A stretch of 64,000 nucleotides of DNA from Planctomycetota bacterium (GCA_046290465.1 JBKAGP010000001.1:3008001-3072000); one strand, 5' to 3'. Shown: positions 9,369-22,794, counted from the first letter of the stretch. Notes: generated by a model not told the origin, from the sequence alone. A program made the numbers and translations.

Positions 9369-10703
9369 GTGGCGTGGTTGTTCAGCGTGGCGACGCTGCC
9401 GCTGCTCGGTGTCCTCGTCTACCTGGCCTTCGGTGTCTACCGCGGTCCCCATCGCATCCGCCGGCTACGGCAACGCGCGAGCATCGTGCGCGCCACTCGC
9501 AACCGTCGTGAAGGCCGGAGCGAGACGGCCTACCGGCGAGATTTCGCCCACTCGGGTTTCGCGACGCTGATGGCCAAGACGTGCACCTTCCCGCTTACCT
9601 CGGCCAACACGATCAAGGTGTTCGACAGCGACACCGAGGCTCTCGCGCGGCAATTGGAGTGCATCGCCGACGCCGAACGCGAGGTCGTGCTCTTGACCTA
9701 CATCCTCGTCACGGGCCAGATCCAGCGATCGCTGTTCGCGGCGCTCGCCACGGCCGCGCGACGCGGGGTCGCCGTTCGCCTGCTCGTCGACGGGTTCGGG
9801 TCCTATCGCCTCACCAGGCGCAGCATCCGCGAGCTCGAGACCAGTGGCGTCGAGACGCGGTTCTTCCAGCAACCGAATCCGCTGCGCGGACGGTTCCAGA
9901 TCAACTTCCGCAACCACCGCAAGCTGCTCGCGGTCGATGGCCAGGTGGCCTTCACCGGCGGCCGCAACTGGAGCGATAAGTACTACTCCAGCGCGCCCGG
10001 CCCGACGTTCCGCGACACCAGCTTCGAGGTGCGCGGGAGTGCACTGATCGACATGCGCCGGGTCTTCTTCGAGGACTGGACACTCGCGGGCGGTCGGCCC
10101 GAGCCACCTCAGGTCGAAGAACTCCCCGGGCTCGGCACCGTCGATGGCGGCGACGTGGAGATCCGAGTCCTGCCCGCCGGACTGGACGAGCCCATCGACG
10201 ACATCGCGACCGTGCTCTGCGCGGCGTTTCGGAGCGCGCGCCACAGCATCCTGATCGTGACTCCCTACTTCGTGCCGGCCCCACGCTCCTACGACGCCCT
10301 GCGGCTCGCTGCACTAAGCGGCGTCGACGTGCGCATCCTGGCGCCACGGCATAGCGGCCGACTGGCGATCGACTTGGCGGCCGCGAGTTGCTTCCGGCGT
10401 CTTCTTCAGGTCGGCGTCAGGATCTGGCTCCGACCCGCTCCGTTTCTGCACAGCAAGGCGATCGTGGTCGACGAAGCTTGGGCGACCGTGGGGAGCGTCA
10501 ACTTCGACGCGCGCTCGATGGAGCTGAACTTCGAACTCAACCTGGAGGTCGTCGATCGCGCGTTCGCGAGCAGGTTGCGCGCGCACTTCGACCAGGACTT
10601 CGAGGTGTCGACCGAACTCGATGCAGGCGAGTTCGCGAGGCCTCCGACTATCACGAGGCGGCTCTTGGAGAACATCGCGTCGATTTTCGCCCCGATCCTG
10701 TGA
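9369..10703 (+). pseudogene. cls: Cardiolipin synthase, 3' part (both PLD domains)
   Basis: Two HKD motifs, 'RNHRKLLAVDG' and 'FLHSKAIVVDE', plus 'TPYFVP' and 'GSVNFDARSMELNFE'. The reconstructed protein is ~477 aa. Confidence 0.9.
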
Positions 10704-10833
10704 ACGCCACACCCCCCGTTCGTCCGAGCGCGGCAAGTCGGTGGCAACCAAGCGTCTGCGCCGCGGGACGCGGGCCTTCCAGGCACGTGAGTCCCACGCC
10801 GGGCCGCTTCGCCGAGGCGCGGTCCAGCTCGTC

Positions 10834-12210
10834 CTATCGTGGTACAGGCTCCTGGCCGCCGGGCGCGTTGCACGAGGCAACACCTCTCGAGCCCCCGACC
10901 GGCCACGCCATCACGGTGATGCCGATGACCGCCGAGACGGCCGATGCGACGAGCACGCCGAGTTTCGCTCCGTCGATCGTCGCAGCGTCGAATGCCAGGT
11001 CGGCGATGAACAGCGCCATCGTGAACCCGATGCCGGCGAGGAAGCCGGCTCCGACCAGCATGCGCCAGCCGATGCCAGCCGGCCGCCTGGCCATGCCAAC
11101 GCGAACCGCCAACCAAGCAAAGCTGACCACGCCGAGAGGTTTGCCGACCGCGAAGCCGAGCACGATCGCGAGCGCGACCGGGTTCGCCGGATCGGCTCCG
11201 GACAGCGGGATGCCAGCGTTGGCCAGAGCGAACAGCGGCATGACCAGGACACTGACCCACGGGTGCAGCGTCAGCTCCAGGCGCTCGACCGGCGACATCG
11301 TCTCCCGAACGGCGGCTCCGGCGAGCACCCATGACGCGCGGGCAGTGTCGGCATCAACACGCGCGTCCCCGTTCGGGACGGCCTCCATCCTTCCCAGGAT
11401 CCTGCGCAGACGGCTCTGGCTCACCCACGCACGCGCCGGCGTGAGCAGTCCGAGGCAGACGCCGGTGATCGTGGCGTGCAGACCGGAGGCGTCGATGGCC
11501 ACCCAACACGCACCCCCGACCAGCACGTAGACGGCCACGTTCCGGATGCCGACGACCGCCAGCACACGGACACAGACGAGCCCGCCGGCACCGATCGCGA
11601 GCGCCCCCCAGGAGATCGGCCCGCTGTACCCAATCGCCACCACGAGGATGGCGCCGATGTCGTCGACGATGGCCAACGACAGCAGGAACACGCGCAGCCG
11701 TTGCGGGACGCGCCGCCCCAGCAACGCAAGGCACCCGATCACGAACGCGGTGTCGGTCGCCATCACCGCGCCCCAACCGTGCGCGCCCACCTCGCCGCCC
11801 TGCAGCAGCAAGTACAGCCCCGCCGGGACGAGCATGCCGCCGACCGCCGCGGCGATCGAGAAGGCCGCCTGCCGGGGACTGCGCAGCTCCCCGAGCACCA
11901 GCTCGCGCTTGAGCTCGAGGGCGACGACGAAGAAGAACAGCGTCATCAACCCGTCGCCAATCCACTCACGCACGGCGCGCGTGAAGTCGAGATCCCCGAA
12001 CCGCACACCCAGCGGCAGCTCCCAGAACCTCTCGTACGCGTGAGCCCACGGCGAGTTGGCGGCGGCCAGCGCAATCAGCGTTGCCAACAGCAGCAACATG
12101 CCGCCGAGTGACTCGATGTGCAGGAAACGCGACACCGACCGCGTGAATGGGTCGGCGAACCCTCGGGGCAGCCGGGAACTCGCCGTCGTCGCTCGCGGCA
12201 GATGGCTCAT
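10834..12210 (-). CDS. nhaA: Na+/H+ antiporter NhaA
   Basis: 'ANSPW', '[18 protein letters not shown]', 'GGMLVPA', 'ATDTAF', 'LAIVDDIGA', 'PLFALANAG', '[10 protein letters not shown]'; ATG 12210 overlaps the cgs stop (ATGA). Confidence 0.95.
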   Translation of the reverse strand: MSHLPRATTASSRLPRGFADPFTRSVSRFLHIESLGGMLLLLATLIALAAANSPWAHAYERFWELPLGVRFGDLDFTRAVREWIGDGLMTLFFFVVALELKRELVLGELRSPRQAAFSIAAAVGGMLVPAGLYLLLQGGEVGAHGWGAVMATDTAFVIGCLALLGRRVPQRLRVFLLSLAIVDDIGAILVVAIGYSGPISWGALAIGAGGLVCVRVLAVVGIRNVAVYVLVGGACWVAIDASGLHATITGVCLGLLTPARAWVSQSRLRRILGRMEAVPNGDARVDADTARASWVLAGAAVRETMSPVERLELTLHPWVSVLVMPLFALANAGIPLSGADPANPVALAIVLGFAVGKPLGVVSFAWLAVRVGMARRPAGIGWRMLVGAGFLAGIGFTMALFIADLAFDAATIDGAKLGVLVASAVSAVIGITVMAWPVGGSRGVASCNAPGGQEPVPR

Positions 12211-15200
12211 TCCCGTTCCGACGCCCCCCCGCCGCGGTCGACCCGGCCGGCGTCGCCAGCGTGCTCGGCGAGGATGACGACCCGCAGACACCGCGTCCGC
12301 CCATCGTCGACCAACGGGATCACGCCCGGATCTACGGTGGCGCCATCGAGCCGAGCTTCGACGATGCCGGCGGCTACGCGGTCCGGGTTGTCCACCTCGA
12401 TCTCGTAGGTGCTGCGGCCATGGCGCCACGTCGCGGAGAACCCGCGCCAAGAACCGGGAATGCGTGGCGTGATCGACAGGTGCTCACCGTGGCGCACGAG
12501 GCCGAGGATCGACTCGAGCCCGAGCCGGTACATCCACGCCGCCGAGCCCGTGTACCACGTCCACCCACCACGGCCGAGGTGCGCCGGGTGCGTGTAGACG
12601 TCCGCTGCCAATACGTACGGCTCGACGCGGTAGCGCTCGACGCCGACCGCCGTACGCGCATGGTTCACCGGGTTGAGCATGTGGAACAGCTCCACTGCCT
12701 CGTCGCCGTTGCCGAGTTCGGCGATTGCCATGACGGTCCACAGCGCTGCGTGCGTGTACTGGCCGCCGTTCTCCCGAATGCCAGGCAGGTAACCCTGGAT
12801 GTAGCCCGGGTCCGGGACCGAGGCGTCGAACGGCGGATCCAGCAGCTGCACAAGGCCGGCTTCTCGACGGACGAGATGCATGCGCACCGAGTTGATGGCG
12901 CGCGCGGCGCGGAGCGGCGACGCCGCGCCGGAGAGCACCGCCCAGCTCTGCGAGATCGCATCGATCCGGCATTCGCGCGACTGCGCGGAGCCGAGTGGCG
13001 TGCCATCGTCGAAGTAGGCGCGGCGGTACCATTCGCCGTCCCACGCCTGCTCGAGCATCGCGACCAGGTGCTCACGTTCGGCGCGCCATCGCTCGGCGCG
13101 CGGCCTATCACCCCGCTCGGCGGCGATCGCGGCGAAGTCGCGCAGGATGCAGGCGAGGAACCAACCCAGCCAGACGCTCTCTCCGCGACCGCGCTGGCCC
13201 ACCCGGTTCATCCCGTCGTTCCAGTCCCCGCAACCGATCAGCGGCAGTCCGTGGGAGCCTACCGCCAGACTGGCATCGACGGCGCGGGCACAGTGCTCGT
13301 AGAGCGAGCCGTGCTCCTCCGCGACGGCCGGCTCCCCATAGGCCTCTTGCTCGCCTGGCTGCAGCGGCGGCCCGATCAGGAACGGGATCTGCTCGACGAG
13401 TACGGCCAGATCACCCGTGCACGCGACGTAGTGGGCGACCGCGAACGGCAGCCACAGCCGGTCGTCCGAGCATCGACTTCGAATCCCTCGACCGGTGTGC
13501 CCGTGCCACCAGTGCTGCACGTCACCCTCGACGAACTGCCGCGATGCGCAGCGCAGCAGGTGCGCGCGGTAGAGGTCCGGACGGGCCGTGCCCAGCGCCA
13601 TCACGTCCTGCAGCTGGTCGCGGAAACCGTAGGCCCCGCCGGGCTGATGGAAGCCGGTGCGGCCCCAGAGCCGCGAGCTCACCGTCTGGTACAGCAGGAA
13701 CCGGTTCATCATCAGGTCGAACGAGTCGTCCGGCGTTCGGACCTGCACCGCACCCAGGAGCTCGTCCCAGCGCGCCTCGACCTCCGCGAGTGCTCTGCCC
13801 GCCGCTTCGACGCTTCCGAAGCGCTCCGCGAGCTTCAGGGCGTGATCGCGGTCATCACCCTGGCCCAGAAGCACCACCACGTCACGCGTCTCACCAGGTT
13901 CCAGGTCGAGGCGGATCTGCAACGCGGCGCACGGATCCAATCCGGCGCCGAAGCTCCCGGAGAGCGACTCGCGCCGCAGCGCCGCCGGCCTCCGCAGCGA
14001 GCCGTTGCGGCCCAGGAACTCGAGGCGGTCCCCGCTGGCCGAAGCCGGCCGCACGCTGGCGTGCGCGAACGCGACCCGTCCGTGGAAGTCCACGTTGTAG
14101 GCGTTGCGTGCCATCACGGTGCCCCGTTCGGCATCCCGTTCGGTCACGACGAAGGCGTTCTCGCCGGCCCTGGGCGGACACAGCGCCCACTCGACGTATG
14201 AGAAGACGCTGACGCGGCGCGCGACGGCGCTGTGGTTGGTAAGCGCGAGCAGGGTGAACTTGACCGGCTCGTCCGCGTGCACGAACACCGACATCTCGCA
14301 GCCGATGCCCCGGTCGTGGTGCGTGTAGCGCGTGACGCCGGCGCCGTGGCGCGTAATCCAGCGACCGCTCGCCGCCGTGCGCGGCAGCGGCCCGGGCGTG
14401 GCGCCGAACGCGTAGCCGCTGTCCTCGTCCCGCAGGTAGACGGCCTCGCCGCTCCACTCGCCGACGGGGTCGTTGCCGAACGGAGTCAACCGGTTCTCGC
14501 GACTGTTGCCGGCCCATGTCCACATGGCGCCGGTCGCGCCGACGACGCTGCCGAAGCCCTCATTCGCCAGGACGTTGACCCACGGCAACGGCGTATCCGC
14601 GTCCCCCTCGAGCACCACGACGTATTCGCGGCCGTCGACGGTGAAGCCGCCGAGGCCGTTCTGGTGGGTCAGCTCCGGCACCGCGGGCCCCGGCACCGCG
14701 GCCGCGGCGTCCGCGAGTGCCGGGGTCGGACGAGGCACGAAGTCGACCGGCCAAGAAGGCACCGGATCGAGCACGATGAGCTGTTCGGCGAGCGCACCGC
14801 GCGCGCCATCCAGCACCGCCCGGGCACTCACCATCAACAGCGTGCGCGCGGAATCGGACATGCCGTCGCCGCGCAGCAGGAACACGCCGCCAGCACGCTG
14901 CCGCCAGGCGGCCCACGGACCGATCTCGAGCAGGTCGCCGAGCCTCGCGTGCACCTCGTCGAGGTAGCTCGACGGGTGCTCGTTGAGCACGACGACGTCC
15001 ACGGTCAGGCCCATCAAGCGCCAGAGTTCCTGCGCGGAGAGCACCTGGCGCACGAGGCCGTCGTCTTCGCTGCGCACGACCCGTACCAGCAGGATCGGCA
15101 GGTCCCCGGAGATGCCGTGCTGCCAGAGGCCGGATTGACCGAGCGTGTTGTCGGCGAACGCTTCCGGACGCGCCCGCAACGAGGCGTCGGCCCAGAACAC

Positions 15201-18200
15201 GTAGGATGCGAGCCGCTCGTAAAGCCGCGCCTCGTCATCGGAGATGCCGAGGTGGCGCATGCGCATGCGGGTCTGCGACACCGCGAGCGCGAAGGTGCGC
15301 GCCGGCGCCGTCGGGTCGGCATACTTCTCGGTCAGCACGATCGCTTCGGCGCGACTCGTGGCGATCCCCGTCGCGAAGGCCAGCCGCACCCGGGCTCCGG
15401 GCGCAATGCGCACGCGCCGCCGGAGGCTGAGCACCGGTTCGAGCACGGCGCCGACGGTCCCCGACAGGGCTCGGCCGTCGAGCGCCACAGGGCTCTCGTA
15501 GGTGCGGCCGCGGCCCACGAAGCGCATGCGGTCGGTCTCCCACTCGATCGCTCCGTGCACGCCGCTCTCGACGCTCATAACGTGCACCGCCCATACCTCC
15601 GGATCGTCCGGAGCGCGACGGCGCCGGCCGCACAGCAGCGCGCAGGAGCCATGCACATACTCCGTCTCCAGGAACAGCTTCTGGAACGTCGGGTGGGACA
15701 GGTCCTCGGCGAGCGGCGCGAGCACGATCTCGACCAGGCTCGTCACCTCGATCTCGCGCATGGTGTCCGAATGGTTGGTGAGCGAGATGCGACGCATCTC
15801 GACGTCGTCCTCCGCCGACACCGCGACTTCGAGCCGGGTCTCGATGCCTTCGTCGACGCGCTCGAACCTCGCCCCGTCGGCTTCGAACCACACCTCGTAT
15901 TGCTCCGGTTCGCGGCACAGCGGCTGGTAGGTGGCGGACCAGGTGCTGCCCAGGCGCACGTCGCGCAGGTAGACGAACTGGCTGCCGGGGTCGCAGGTGG
16001 CATCGGCGCGTTCCCGTGTCACCGACATCCCGCGCCACCTGCTGGTGCCGCCGCCGGCGTTGGTCACGACGCTGACGTAGCGACCGTTCGACAGGAAGTG
16101 GGCGCTCGGGTGTCCCGTATGCGGCGTCAGGAAGCGATGCGGCGACACTCCGGGCACGGCGGGTTGGGGCCGTGCGGGCTCCTCGGCGAGCGGCTGCATC
16201 GACGGCGCGAAGCGCGGCACCCGCTCCTGCAGCAGCGCTTCGGTGGCCTGCACGCGCCGGTCGCTGTGGAAGCGTCGCACCATCGGCGCTCCGAAAACCG
16301 CGTTGGCGAGCGCCAACATCAGCATGCCCTGGTGGTGCGCGAACCACGCGCGAACGCGCCGGGTTCGCGGGTCGTCGGGCGTGTGTCCGCGGCTCGCGAG
16401 TCCATGGTCGCGCGGCGTGTAGTCGAGGGCCTCGAAGAACCCGTAGGTGCCGACGGCGCCCTCGCGCGTGAGACTGCGCAGGTTCGCAGCGGCCGCCGTC
16501 GGGTCGACGAGCGCGGCGAGCGCGGTCGCATAGGGCGCCACGACGAGGTCCTCCGAGAGACCCCGCTTCATGCCGAGCCCCGGGACCCCGAACGCCTTGT
16601 AGCCGTAGTCGCCGCGCGGGCTGACGACGTCGTAGGCCGATTCGGAGATGCCCCACGGCACCCGGCGACCATTGCCGTAACGAACCTGGATACGCACGGC
16701 CTCTCGGCACGCATGCTCGAGGAGGGTCGCCGGTGTGCTGCGGAGCAACAGCTGCGGCATCAGATACTCGAACATCGAGCCGCTCCACGACAGCAGCGTC
16801 ATGCTGCCCCCAACGTAGACCAGGGCGCGCGACAAGCGGAACCAGTGCTCCTGCGGGACGTCTCCGCGGGCAATGGCGATGAAGCTCGCAAGCCGGGCCT
16901 CGGAGGCCAGCAGGTCGTAGTGGGATCCGTCGCACCCGCCCGGCCCGTGTTCGTCCGGAAGACGGAAGCCCGTGACGAAGACACGACGGTCCTCGTCGAA
17001 CAGGAACCTCCACTCCATGGCGTCGGCGAGCTCGGCGCTGCGCTGCGCGATCTCCCGCAGGCGGGCCCGCAGCGACTCGCGCCATCCGGCGTCGTCCGGC
17101 GCCCGTTCCAGCGAACGGAGCAGCAGCCCACCCCAGGTGCTGACCTCGTCGGCCAGCGCCTCGCGAGGCGCCAGGGCGGCGAGCTCGGCGAGCTTGGCGC
17201 GCAACGACGCGGTCCGATGTCGGGCGGCACCGCTGCGTTCGCCGTCGGGCTCGCCTGCAGGCGCGACATCGGGAGCGACGGAGGTCGGCATGACGAGCAA
17301 CCCGTCGAGCTCCTTGCGGACGGCCGCGCAGGCACCGCGCAGTGCCCCGCGATCGTCCGGCATTCCCGCCAGCGACTCCAGCATCTCGGCCAGAACACCA
17401 GCCGTGTCGACGACTCCGGCCTGCATCCGTGACTCGTGGTCGTCGCCCTCGGCCAGCTCCGAGAATCCCGCGGCGAGCGCCATCAGGCATCCGGCCAGAT
17501 TGCCGCTGTCCACCGTCGACACGTAGTGGGGCGGCAGGACCTGCAAGCTGTCGGTGTCGTACCAGTTCAACAGGTGACCGCGGTGCCGTTCGAGCCCTTC
17601 GACCGTGCCGAGGGTGCGGTCGACGCGCTCGACGAGCTCCTCCGTATCGAGGAACCCGTGGTCGTGCGCCGCGAGGGTCGCGAGCAACCCCATCCCAATG
17701 TTCGTCGGCGACGTGCGGCGGGCCACACGGAGCTCCTCCCCCTCCGCGACGTTGTCGGGTGGCAGCCAGTGGTGCTCGCCGGTGACGAACTCCTCGAAGA
17801 AGTGCCAGGTCCGGCGAGCGACACGCCGTAGCTGACGCTCGTCCTCGGCGTCGAGATGGCGACTCGGAGCGACTGCCGGCCGGCTCAACCACCAGGCCAC
17901 CAGCGGCGAACTCCCCCACGCGACGAGGAACGGCAGCGCCGCAGGCACGGCGCCCGTCCGCTGCCACAACACCGCGGCGAACACGCCCGCTGCCAACGCC
18001 GGGCCGCTCCACATCTGCGCGAAGAAGTCACCCGGGCCGCGGTCGGCGAAACGCCCGGCCGACCGGGCATCCGTCGAAGCGGCAGTCTCCCACTCGAGCA
18101 GCCGACGCCGCGTCACGCCCATGCGCACAAGCGTCACGCCGATGGCGTGCATCGTCGCCATCGCATGGTGTACGAGCAGCGTGGTCTGCAGCGCGATCTG

Positions 18201-20855
18201 GGCGGCGGCGAGTCGGCACTCGCTCGCCACGTCCTGTAGGAAGGCCCAACGCGGCTGCTGCGGCCGCGGCCCGGCGATCAGGTGCGCCAGCGGCGGAAAC
18301 AGCGGGAACCCGAGCAACGTCAGCGCTACCAGCGTCCAGGCGAGCGCGCTCCCCGGCAGCACGGTCCACGAAAGGATCAGCAGCGCGAGCAGACTCGGCG
18401 CGACCAGGCTGCGCCGCAGGTTGTCGAAGATCTTCCAGCGGCTGATCAGAGGCAGCACGCTGCGACGCCGGCCAGTAGCCGTGGACACCAGCGGCAGCAT
18501 TGCCGCCAGGATCTGCCAATCCCCTCGCACCCAGCGGTTGTGGCGGCGCGCGTGGGCGAGCACGCTCGACGGGAAGTCGTCGACGAGCTCGATGTCGGAG
18601 ACCAGGGCACAGCGCGCAAACAGGCCCTCGTACAGATCGTGCGAGAGCATGGTGTTCTCGCGGACCCGGCCGTCGAGCGACGCGCGGAAGCTGTCGACGT
18701 CGTAGAGCCCTTTGCCGATGTAGCTGCCCTCGGCGAACAGGTCCTGGTAGGTGTCCGAGACCGTCGTGCTGTAGATATCGACCCCGGTGTGTCCGGCGTA
18801 GGCGCGGGCGAACAGCGACCCGGTCGCACTCGCCATCGTCACGCTGATTCGCGGCTGCAAGACACCGTAGCCCTCGACGACGCGCTGCTCTGCCGCGTCG
18901 AACCGTGGTCGGTTGAGCGGATGCTCGATGACGCCGATGAGCCGCCGAGCCGCGTCACGCGGCAGTCGCGTATCGCTGTCGAGGGTGATGCAGTAGCGGA
19001 CGCGGAGCAGGATCGACGGGTCGCCCACCTGCACGACGAAACCCGTGTCCTCGGCGCCGCGCAGCAGCCGGTTGAACTCGTCGATCTTGCCGCGCTTGCG
19101 TTCCCAGCCCATCCAGGCGCCTTCGCCGTCGTTCCAGCGCCGGTCCCGGTGAAACAGGAAAAAGCGGTCTCCGGCCACGCCGTTGTGGCGCGCGTTCAGC
19201 GCCGCGATCGCGGCGGTCGCCGCAGCGAGCACCGGGGCGTCCCCTGGCATCGTCGCCTGCGCGGCATCCGGGAAGTCGGTCAGGAGCGCGAAGTGCACGT
19301 GCGGGTCGAGGTTTCCGAGCGCGTGGATCTCGAGACGTTCTGCCAGCTGGCGCGCGCCGGCCGCCGAGGTCAGCATCGACGGCACGATGACCATGGTCCG
19401 TGCCCGTTCCGGAACGCCCGCGCGAAGATCGAGCCGCGGCAGCGGAACTGGTGCGACGAGTCGATGTACGAGGTGTTGCAGCAGCAACGTCGCCAACTCG
19501 CTCGCCGGCACGAGCGCGAACGACGCCGCCAGCAGGGCCAGAGCCAACGGACCGCCGGCGGCCCCCGTCAGCAGCATCGCCCCACCGAGTCCGGCCGCCG
19601 TCAGCACCGCCAGCGCTCCGAGGTAGAGCCCGGTCGCGTGGTCGAAGGCGAAACGATTCAGCCGTTGCCGCCACCGTGGGCGGTGGTCCACGTTGCGCTC
19701 GAACTCGCGGCGTCCGGGGCCGATCAGGTGGTAGCCCACGTGCGCTGTGCGCGCCTGCACGCCGGCGACCTCGCTGGCCTGCCTCGCGCTTTCGACGGCC
19801 CGTAGCGCCACCCGAACCTGGGCCTCGCCGGTGCGGTCCGCCAGCTCTTCCACGGCGCGGCGGTAACGATCCCGCGTCGAGAACTCCATGCGGCCGTAGT
19901 CGCTGGACGGATCGCGCCGCAGGACCTCCTCGATCTTGCTCATCCCCTCGATCTGTTCGCTCCAGTCGAGCGTCACGCAGAGCCGCAGGCTCGTGATCGA
20001 GTTTCCAATCGACAGCAGGTTCATGGCCTGCCGCTGGTGCTGGGCGCGCACCGCCTCCTCGACCGTCACGCCCGCCGCGCCAAGGTGCTCCTCGAGCTGC
20101 TTGCGCAACGCGGCAGCGCCGTGGCCGTGTTCTCGCATCCGCTGCAGCAGTCGATCGGCGAACGCAACGTGGAACGAACCCGGCAGCGGCGGTGGCAACC
20201 CCGCGCCCCGCTCGAACGCCTCCAGGTGGCGATCCGCTGCCAGGTGGCCGGCGCGACTCTCGACGAGCTCATCGACGAGCCGACGCAGGTGGGTGATCAG
20301 GGCCATCTTGAGCATGCACGGCCACGCCCACAGCTCGCCGATGGTTAGCGGTGCGACCGACTGGTAGGCGAGTACGAACCGGCCGATCCGGTGTTCGTCG
20401 AGCCTGGCGTCGCTGCAGCGCAGTAACTCGGTGGCCATCGCGTAGACGCGCGCCGTACCCGCCAGCTCTCGGGCGGCGAGCTTCGGCAGCTCGCGATAGA
20501 AGCGCGCAGGCAGATCTCGCCGGACCTCGCGGATCACGCTCGTCACCAGGTGGAAATTGTCGAGCAACCACTCCGCAGCGCCTGACGAGGCGCCCTGGTG
20601 CGCGTCCTCCGCGAAGGTGTGATGGCCGCGACGCAACGCTCGCTCGTCGACGGCGAGACATCGCAGCAGCTTGCGAGGACTCCGCCGCGATCGCGACAGC
20701 CTGTGCGCAGCAGCCATCAACCGGGCCCGCTCCTCCAGCTGCTCGACGCCGATCAGCTCCCCCCGCAAGGGGCTCGAGTCGAGTCCTATCAGTCGTCGGC
20801 AGGCCCCCTCTCGAGAACCGGCAGGCTTCGAATCATCCAGGTGGCTTGGGATCAA
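12207..20855 (-). CDS. cgs: Cyclic beta-1,2-glucan synthase (GT84 + glycoamylase-like + GH94 phosphorylase), 2882 aa
   Basis: 'EWLLDNF', 'GELWAWP', '[10 protein letters not shown]', 'ITLDSDT', 'LSHDLYEG', 'RWVRGDWQ', 'TSPTNIG', '[10 protein letters not shown]', '[12 protein letters not shown]', 'PWGISESAY', '[12 protein letters not shown]', 'GDWNDGMN', 'ENGGQYTH', 'WYTGSA'; size matches Cgs/NdvB. Confidence 0.95.
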   Translation of the reverse strand: MIPSHLDDSKPAGSREGACRRLIGLDSSPLRGELIGVEQLEERARLMAAAHRLSRSRRSPRKLLRCLAVDERALRRGHHTFAEDAHQGASSGAAEWLLDNFHLVTSVIREVRRDLPARFYRELPKLAARELAGTARVYAMATELLRCSDARLDEHRIGRFVLAYQSVAPLTIGELWAWPCMLKMALITHLRRLVDELVESRAGHLAADRHLEAFERGAGLPPPLPGSFHVAFADRLLQRMREHGHGAAALRKQLEEHLGAAGVTVEEAVRAQHQRQAMNLLSIGNSITSLRLCVTLDWSEQIEGMSKIEEVLRRDPSSDYGRMEFSTRDRYRRAVEELADRTGEAQVRVALRAVESARQASEVAGVQARTAHVGYHLIGPGRREFERNVDHRPRWRQRLNRFAFDHATGLYLGALAVLTAAGLGGAMLLTGAAGGPLALALLAASFALVPASELATLLLQHLVHRLVAPVPLPRLDLRAGVPERARTMVIVPSMLTSAAGARQLAERLEIHALGNLDPHVHFALLTDFPDAAQATMPGDAPVLAAATAAIAALNARHNGVAGDRFFLFHRDRRWNDGEGAWMGWERKRGKIDEFNRLLRGAEDTGFVVQVGDPSILLRVRYCITLDSDTRLPRDAARRLIGVIEHPLNRPRFDAAEQRVVEGYGVLQPRISVTMASATGSLFARAYAGHTGVDIYSTTVSDTYQDLFAEGSYIGKGLYDVDSFRASLDGRVRENTMLSHDLYEGLFARCALVSDIELVDDFPSSVLAHARRHNRWVRGDWQILAAMLPLVSTATGRRRSVLPLISRWKIFDNLRRSLVAPSLLALLILSWTVLPGSALAWTLVALTLLGFPLFPPLAHLIAGPRPQQPRWAFLQDVASECRLAAAQIALQTTLLVHHAMATMHAIGVTLVRMGVTRRRLLEWETAASTDARSAGRFADRGPGDFFAQMWSGPALAAGVFAAVLWQRTGAVPAALPFLVAWGSSPLVAWWLSRPAVAPSRHLDAEDERQLRRVARRTWHFFEEFVTGEHHWLPPDNVAEGEELRVARRTSPTNIGMGLLATLAAHDHGFLDTEELVERVDRTLGTVEGLERHRGHLLNWYDTDSLQVLPPHYVSTVDSGNLAGCLMALAAGFSELAEGDDHESRMQAGVVDTAGVLAEMLESLAGMPDDRGALRGACAAVRKELDGLLVMPTSVAPDVAPAGEPDGERSGAARHRTASLRAKLAELAALAPREALADEVSTWGGLLLRSLERAPDDAGWRESLRARLREIAQRSAELADAMEWRFLFDEDRRVFVTGFRLPDEHGPGGCDGSHYDLLASEARLASFIAIARGDVPQEHWFRLSRALVYVGGSMTLLSWSGSMFEYLMPQLLLRSTPATLLEHACREAVRIQVRYGNGRRVPWGISESAYDVVSPRGDYGYKAFGVPGLGMKRGLSEDLVVAPYATALAALVDPTAAAANLRSLTREGAVGTYGFFEALDYTPRDHGLASRGHTPDDPRTRRVRAWFAHHQGMLMLALANAVFGAPMVRRFHSDRRVQATEALLQERVPRFAPSMQPLAEEPARPQPAVPGVSPHRFLTPHTGHPSAHFLSNGRYVSVVTNAGGGTSRWRGMSVTRERADATCDPGSQFVYLRDVRLGSTWSATYQPLCREPEQYEVWFEADGARFERVDEGIETRLEVAVSAEDDVEMRRISLTNHSDTMREIEVTSLVEIVLAPLAEDLSHPTFQKLFLETEYVHGSCALLCGRRRRAPDDPEVWAVHVMSVESGVHGAIEWETDRMRFVGRGRTYESPVALDGRALSGTVGAVLEPVLSLRRRVRIAPGARVRLAFATGIATSRAEAIVLTEKYADPTAPARTFALAVSQTRMRMRHLGISDDEARLYERLASYVFWADASLRARPEAFADNTLGQSGLWQHGISGDLPILLVRVVRSEDDGLVRQVLSAQELWRLMGLTVDVVVLNEHPSSYLDEVHARLGDLLEIGPWAAWRQRAGGVFLLRGDGMSDSARTLLMVSARAVLDGARGALAEQLIVLDPVPSWPVDFVPRPTPALADAAAAVPGPAVPELTHQNGLGGFTVDGREYVVVLEGDADTPLPWVNVLANEGFGSVVGATGAMWTWAGNSRENRLTPFGNDPVGEWSGEAVYLRDEDSGYAFGATPGPLPRTAASGRWITRHGAGVTRYTHHDRGIGCEMSVFVHADEPVKFTLLALTNHSAVARRVSVFSYVEWALCPPRAGENAFVVTERDAERGTVMARNAYNVDFHGRVAFAHASVRPASASGDRLEFLGRNGSLRRPAALRRESLSGSFGAGLDPCAALQIRLDLEPGETRDVVVLLGQGDDRDHALKLAERFGSVEAAGRALAEVEARWDELLGAVQVRTPDDSFDLMMNRFLLYQTVSSRLWGRTGFHQPGGAYGFRDQLQDVMALGTARPDLYRAHLLRCASRQFVEGDVQHWWHGHTGRGIRSRCSDDRLWLPFAVAHYVACTGDLAVLVEQIPFLIGPPLQPGEQEAYGEPAVAEEHGSLYEHCARAVDASLAVGSHGLPLIGCGDWNDGMNRVGQRGRGESVWLGWFLACILRDFAAIAAERGDRPRAERWRAEREHLVAMLEQAWDGEWYRRAYFDDGTPLGSAQSRECRIDAISQSWAVLSGAASPLRAARAINSVRMHLVRREAGLVQLLDPPFDASVPDPGYIQGYLPGIRENGGQYTHAALWTVMAIAELGNGDEAVELFHMLNPVNHARTAVGVERYRVEPYVLAADVYTHPAHLGRGGWTWYTGSAAWMYRLGLESILGLVRHGEHLSITPRIPGSWRGFSATWRHGRSTYEIEVDNPDRVAAGIVEARLDGATVDPGVIPLVDDGRTRCLRVVILAEHAGDAGRVDRGGGASERE

Positions 20856-21001
20856 TGAACGCTACCGCGGCGGCTTGATTACGGTCGAGGACGCGCCGAA
20901 TGCGCCCTCGACCGGGCGGCACAGGGCTCGACACGATCTGGGCAACAGCGAGCCCCACTGCTCGCCGCCTCGGGAAGCGACGACGATGGAGACCATTCCG
21001 T

Positions 21002-21556
21002 TCACGGCTTGACTCCCACAGCGGAGCTGCTCTGCGGCTCGACGGCCCGCGCCGGGACGGGGGGCTTCACCGTCCCATCGACCGGCTCTACGGGGACCGA
21101 GCTGCGGGGCCGGCCGATTGCGGCGAGCGTCCGCACCAGCCGCACCGCGTCGCTAGGCTTAGTACCGAGCGAGCCGCCGTCATCGACCCACCGCAGCAGG
21201 TCGTTGCAACACAGCATCCCCAGCAGCTGTCCATCAGGATCGACGACCGGCAGGCGATGCACGCCCCGGGAACGCATCAACATCTCCGCCGCCAGCAGAG
21301 AGTCGTCCGGCCCGATACCTGAGACGTCCTTGGCCATGCTGTCGCCGACATTCAGGTCCGCCAGCGGCTTTCCGGTCACGAAGGCCGCCATGCAGATGTC
21401 CCGATCCGTGATCATGCCCCGCACGTGGTTGCCCTCGTCGACCACCGGCATGCTGCCACAGTCCTTCTGCCACAGCCGACTGGCAGCATGCGCCAGGTTG
21501 TCGGTCACCAGGCAACACGCGGTGTCCGTCGTCATTCGTTCTGCAGTTCGCATCAT
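21002..21556 (-). CDS. CBS domain-containing protein
   Basis: 'DCGSMPVVD', 'GMITDRDICMAA', 'VHRLPVVD..GQLLGM'; ATG with GAGGAA RBS. Confidence 0.85.
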   Translation of the reverse strand: MMRTAERMTTDTACCLVTDNLAHAASRLWQKDCGSMPVVDEGNHVRGMITDRDICMAAFVTGKPLADLNVGDSMAKDVSGIGPDDSLLAAEMLMRSRGVHRLPVVDPDGQLLGMLCCNDLLRWVDDGGSLGTKPSDAVRLVRTLAAIGRPRSSVPVEPVDGTVKPPVPARAVEPQSSSAVGVKP

Positions 21557-22074
21557 CGTTCCTCGAATGGACCTGGATCCCCTGGTCGTTCGTCGACGCA
21601 GGCGAGGGGCAGCGCGGAAATCACACTGCGTGTCGCTCGTTCGCTGCGGCACCGGTCCATGGAGAGCGCCACCGCGGAGACAATGCGGGGCCGCCTGCCC
21701 CCAGGACCGTCACGAACTCTCGTAGAGAGGCTCGCTGATCGCCGTGGACCAGACGCTTCGCATGCTCAGGACGTCACTGATACGGCCCCGGCCTGAGTCG
21801 TGCATGAACTACGAATGAGGAGCACTTCACCTCATCAAGTGCACCGACTCCGGCCCGACTCCGGCCTACGACTGCTCGTGTGACGACTGCGCCTCACCGC
21901 AGTGATCGCATGATCCCCTTCTCCTGCGCAGTTCAGTCGGCCTTCACGACCACCGACTAATCACGCGTCCGAAAGAGGGTGACGTGAGAGGGCCATTCCG
22001 GCTGTCTACGACCATCACTCATCATCGCGGGCGATAGGGCGCTGCCCATCTTCCGCTTCACAAGGAAACTGTTC

Positions 22075-22794
22075 ATGCTCCATTACAAGATCGCACTCAC
22101 GGCGGTGACGCTATTCCCCTCGCTCGCACTCCAGGCCCAGCGCGCGGTGGGGTCCGAGGCTCCCGTGACGCAGATCACCGAACGCGAGGCCGTGAGCGCT
22201 CGCGACGCTGACCCGTTGCTCGCCAGCTGGCTCGCCGCGGGATGCGACACCGAGGTCGCGATTGCGCGCCTCGCCCTTCGCAAGTCGCAGAGCGGCGAAG
22301 TCAAGAAGTTCGCCCAGATGATGCTGGACGACCATGCCAGGCTATCGACCGACCTGAAGAAGATCGCCGTCGTCGACGGGCCGCACGACAGCGCCAAGCC
22401 TGTCACCGGCCAAGGCAAGGAAGATGTCAAGCGGCCCATTCGCGACACCGCCGAAGCCAGCAGCAAGCGTGTGCCCGCGACCGAAGGCGGTTTCGACCAC
22501 ATCGCGCTCATCCGCGACCTGAACGATCGGTGCCGCGCGGCCCAGATCGAGATGCTCGAGGCGCTGTCGACGGACAAGTTCGATCATGGGTTCATGTCCG
22601 CACAGGTCGCCGCACACACGCAGGCCATCATCATGACCGAGGTATTCCGCGACCACGCTTCCGACGGTCTGCGCCCGACACTGGAGCGGGCCGGCAAGGC
22701 GCTGCGCGATCACCTGGAACAGGCCAAAACCCTCTGCAAGAGGATCGAGGTCGCGGCCGCAGACGGCGAGCCGTCTCGTGGCAGCCGGAAGTAG
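22075..22794 (+). CDS. Secreted DUF4142-family (ferritin-like helical) protein
   Basis: Signal peptide; 'EVAIARLA..KSQSGEVKKFAQMMLDDH', 'FDHGFMSAQVAAH', 'HLEQAK'; AAGGA RBS. Confidence 0.8.
   Translation: MLHYKIALTAVTLFPSLALQAQRAVGSEAPVTQITEREAVSARDADPLLASWLAAGCDTEVAIARLALRKSQSGEVKKFAQMMLDDHARLSTDLKKIAVVDGPHDSAKPVTGQGKEDVKRPIRDTAEASSKRVPATEGGFDHIALIRDLNDRCRAAQIEMLEALSTDKFDHGFMSAQVAAHTQAIIMTEVFRDHASDGLRPTLERAGKALRDHLEQAKTLCKRIEVAAADGEPSRGSRK

Noticed and set aside
9362..9395. Outward TTGACA -35 at the IS end creating a hybrid promoter for cls
   Set aside because: There is no -10-like hexamer at 16-18 bp, and any TSS would fall downstream of the GTG at 9369.
12147..19805. Long + strand ORFs (684, 1066 and 507 aa) and similar ones at 39065-42880, 46347-48497 and 53998-56208
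   Set aside because: Antisense shadows of real GC3-rich genes; no motifs.
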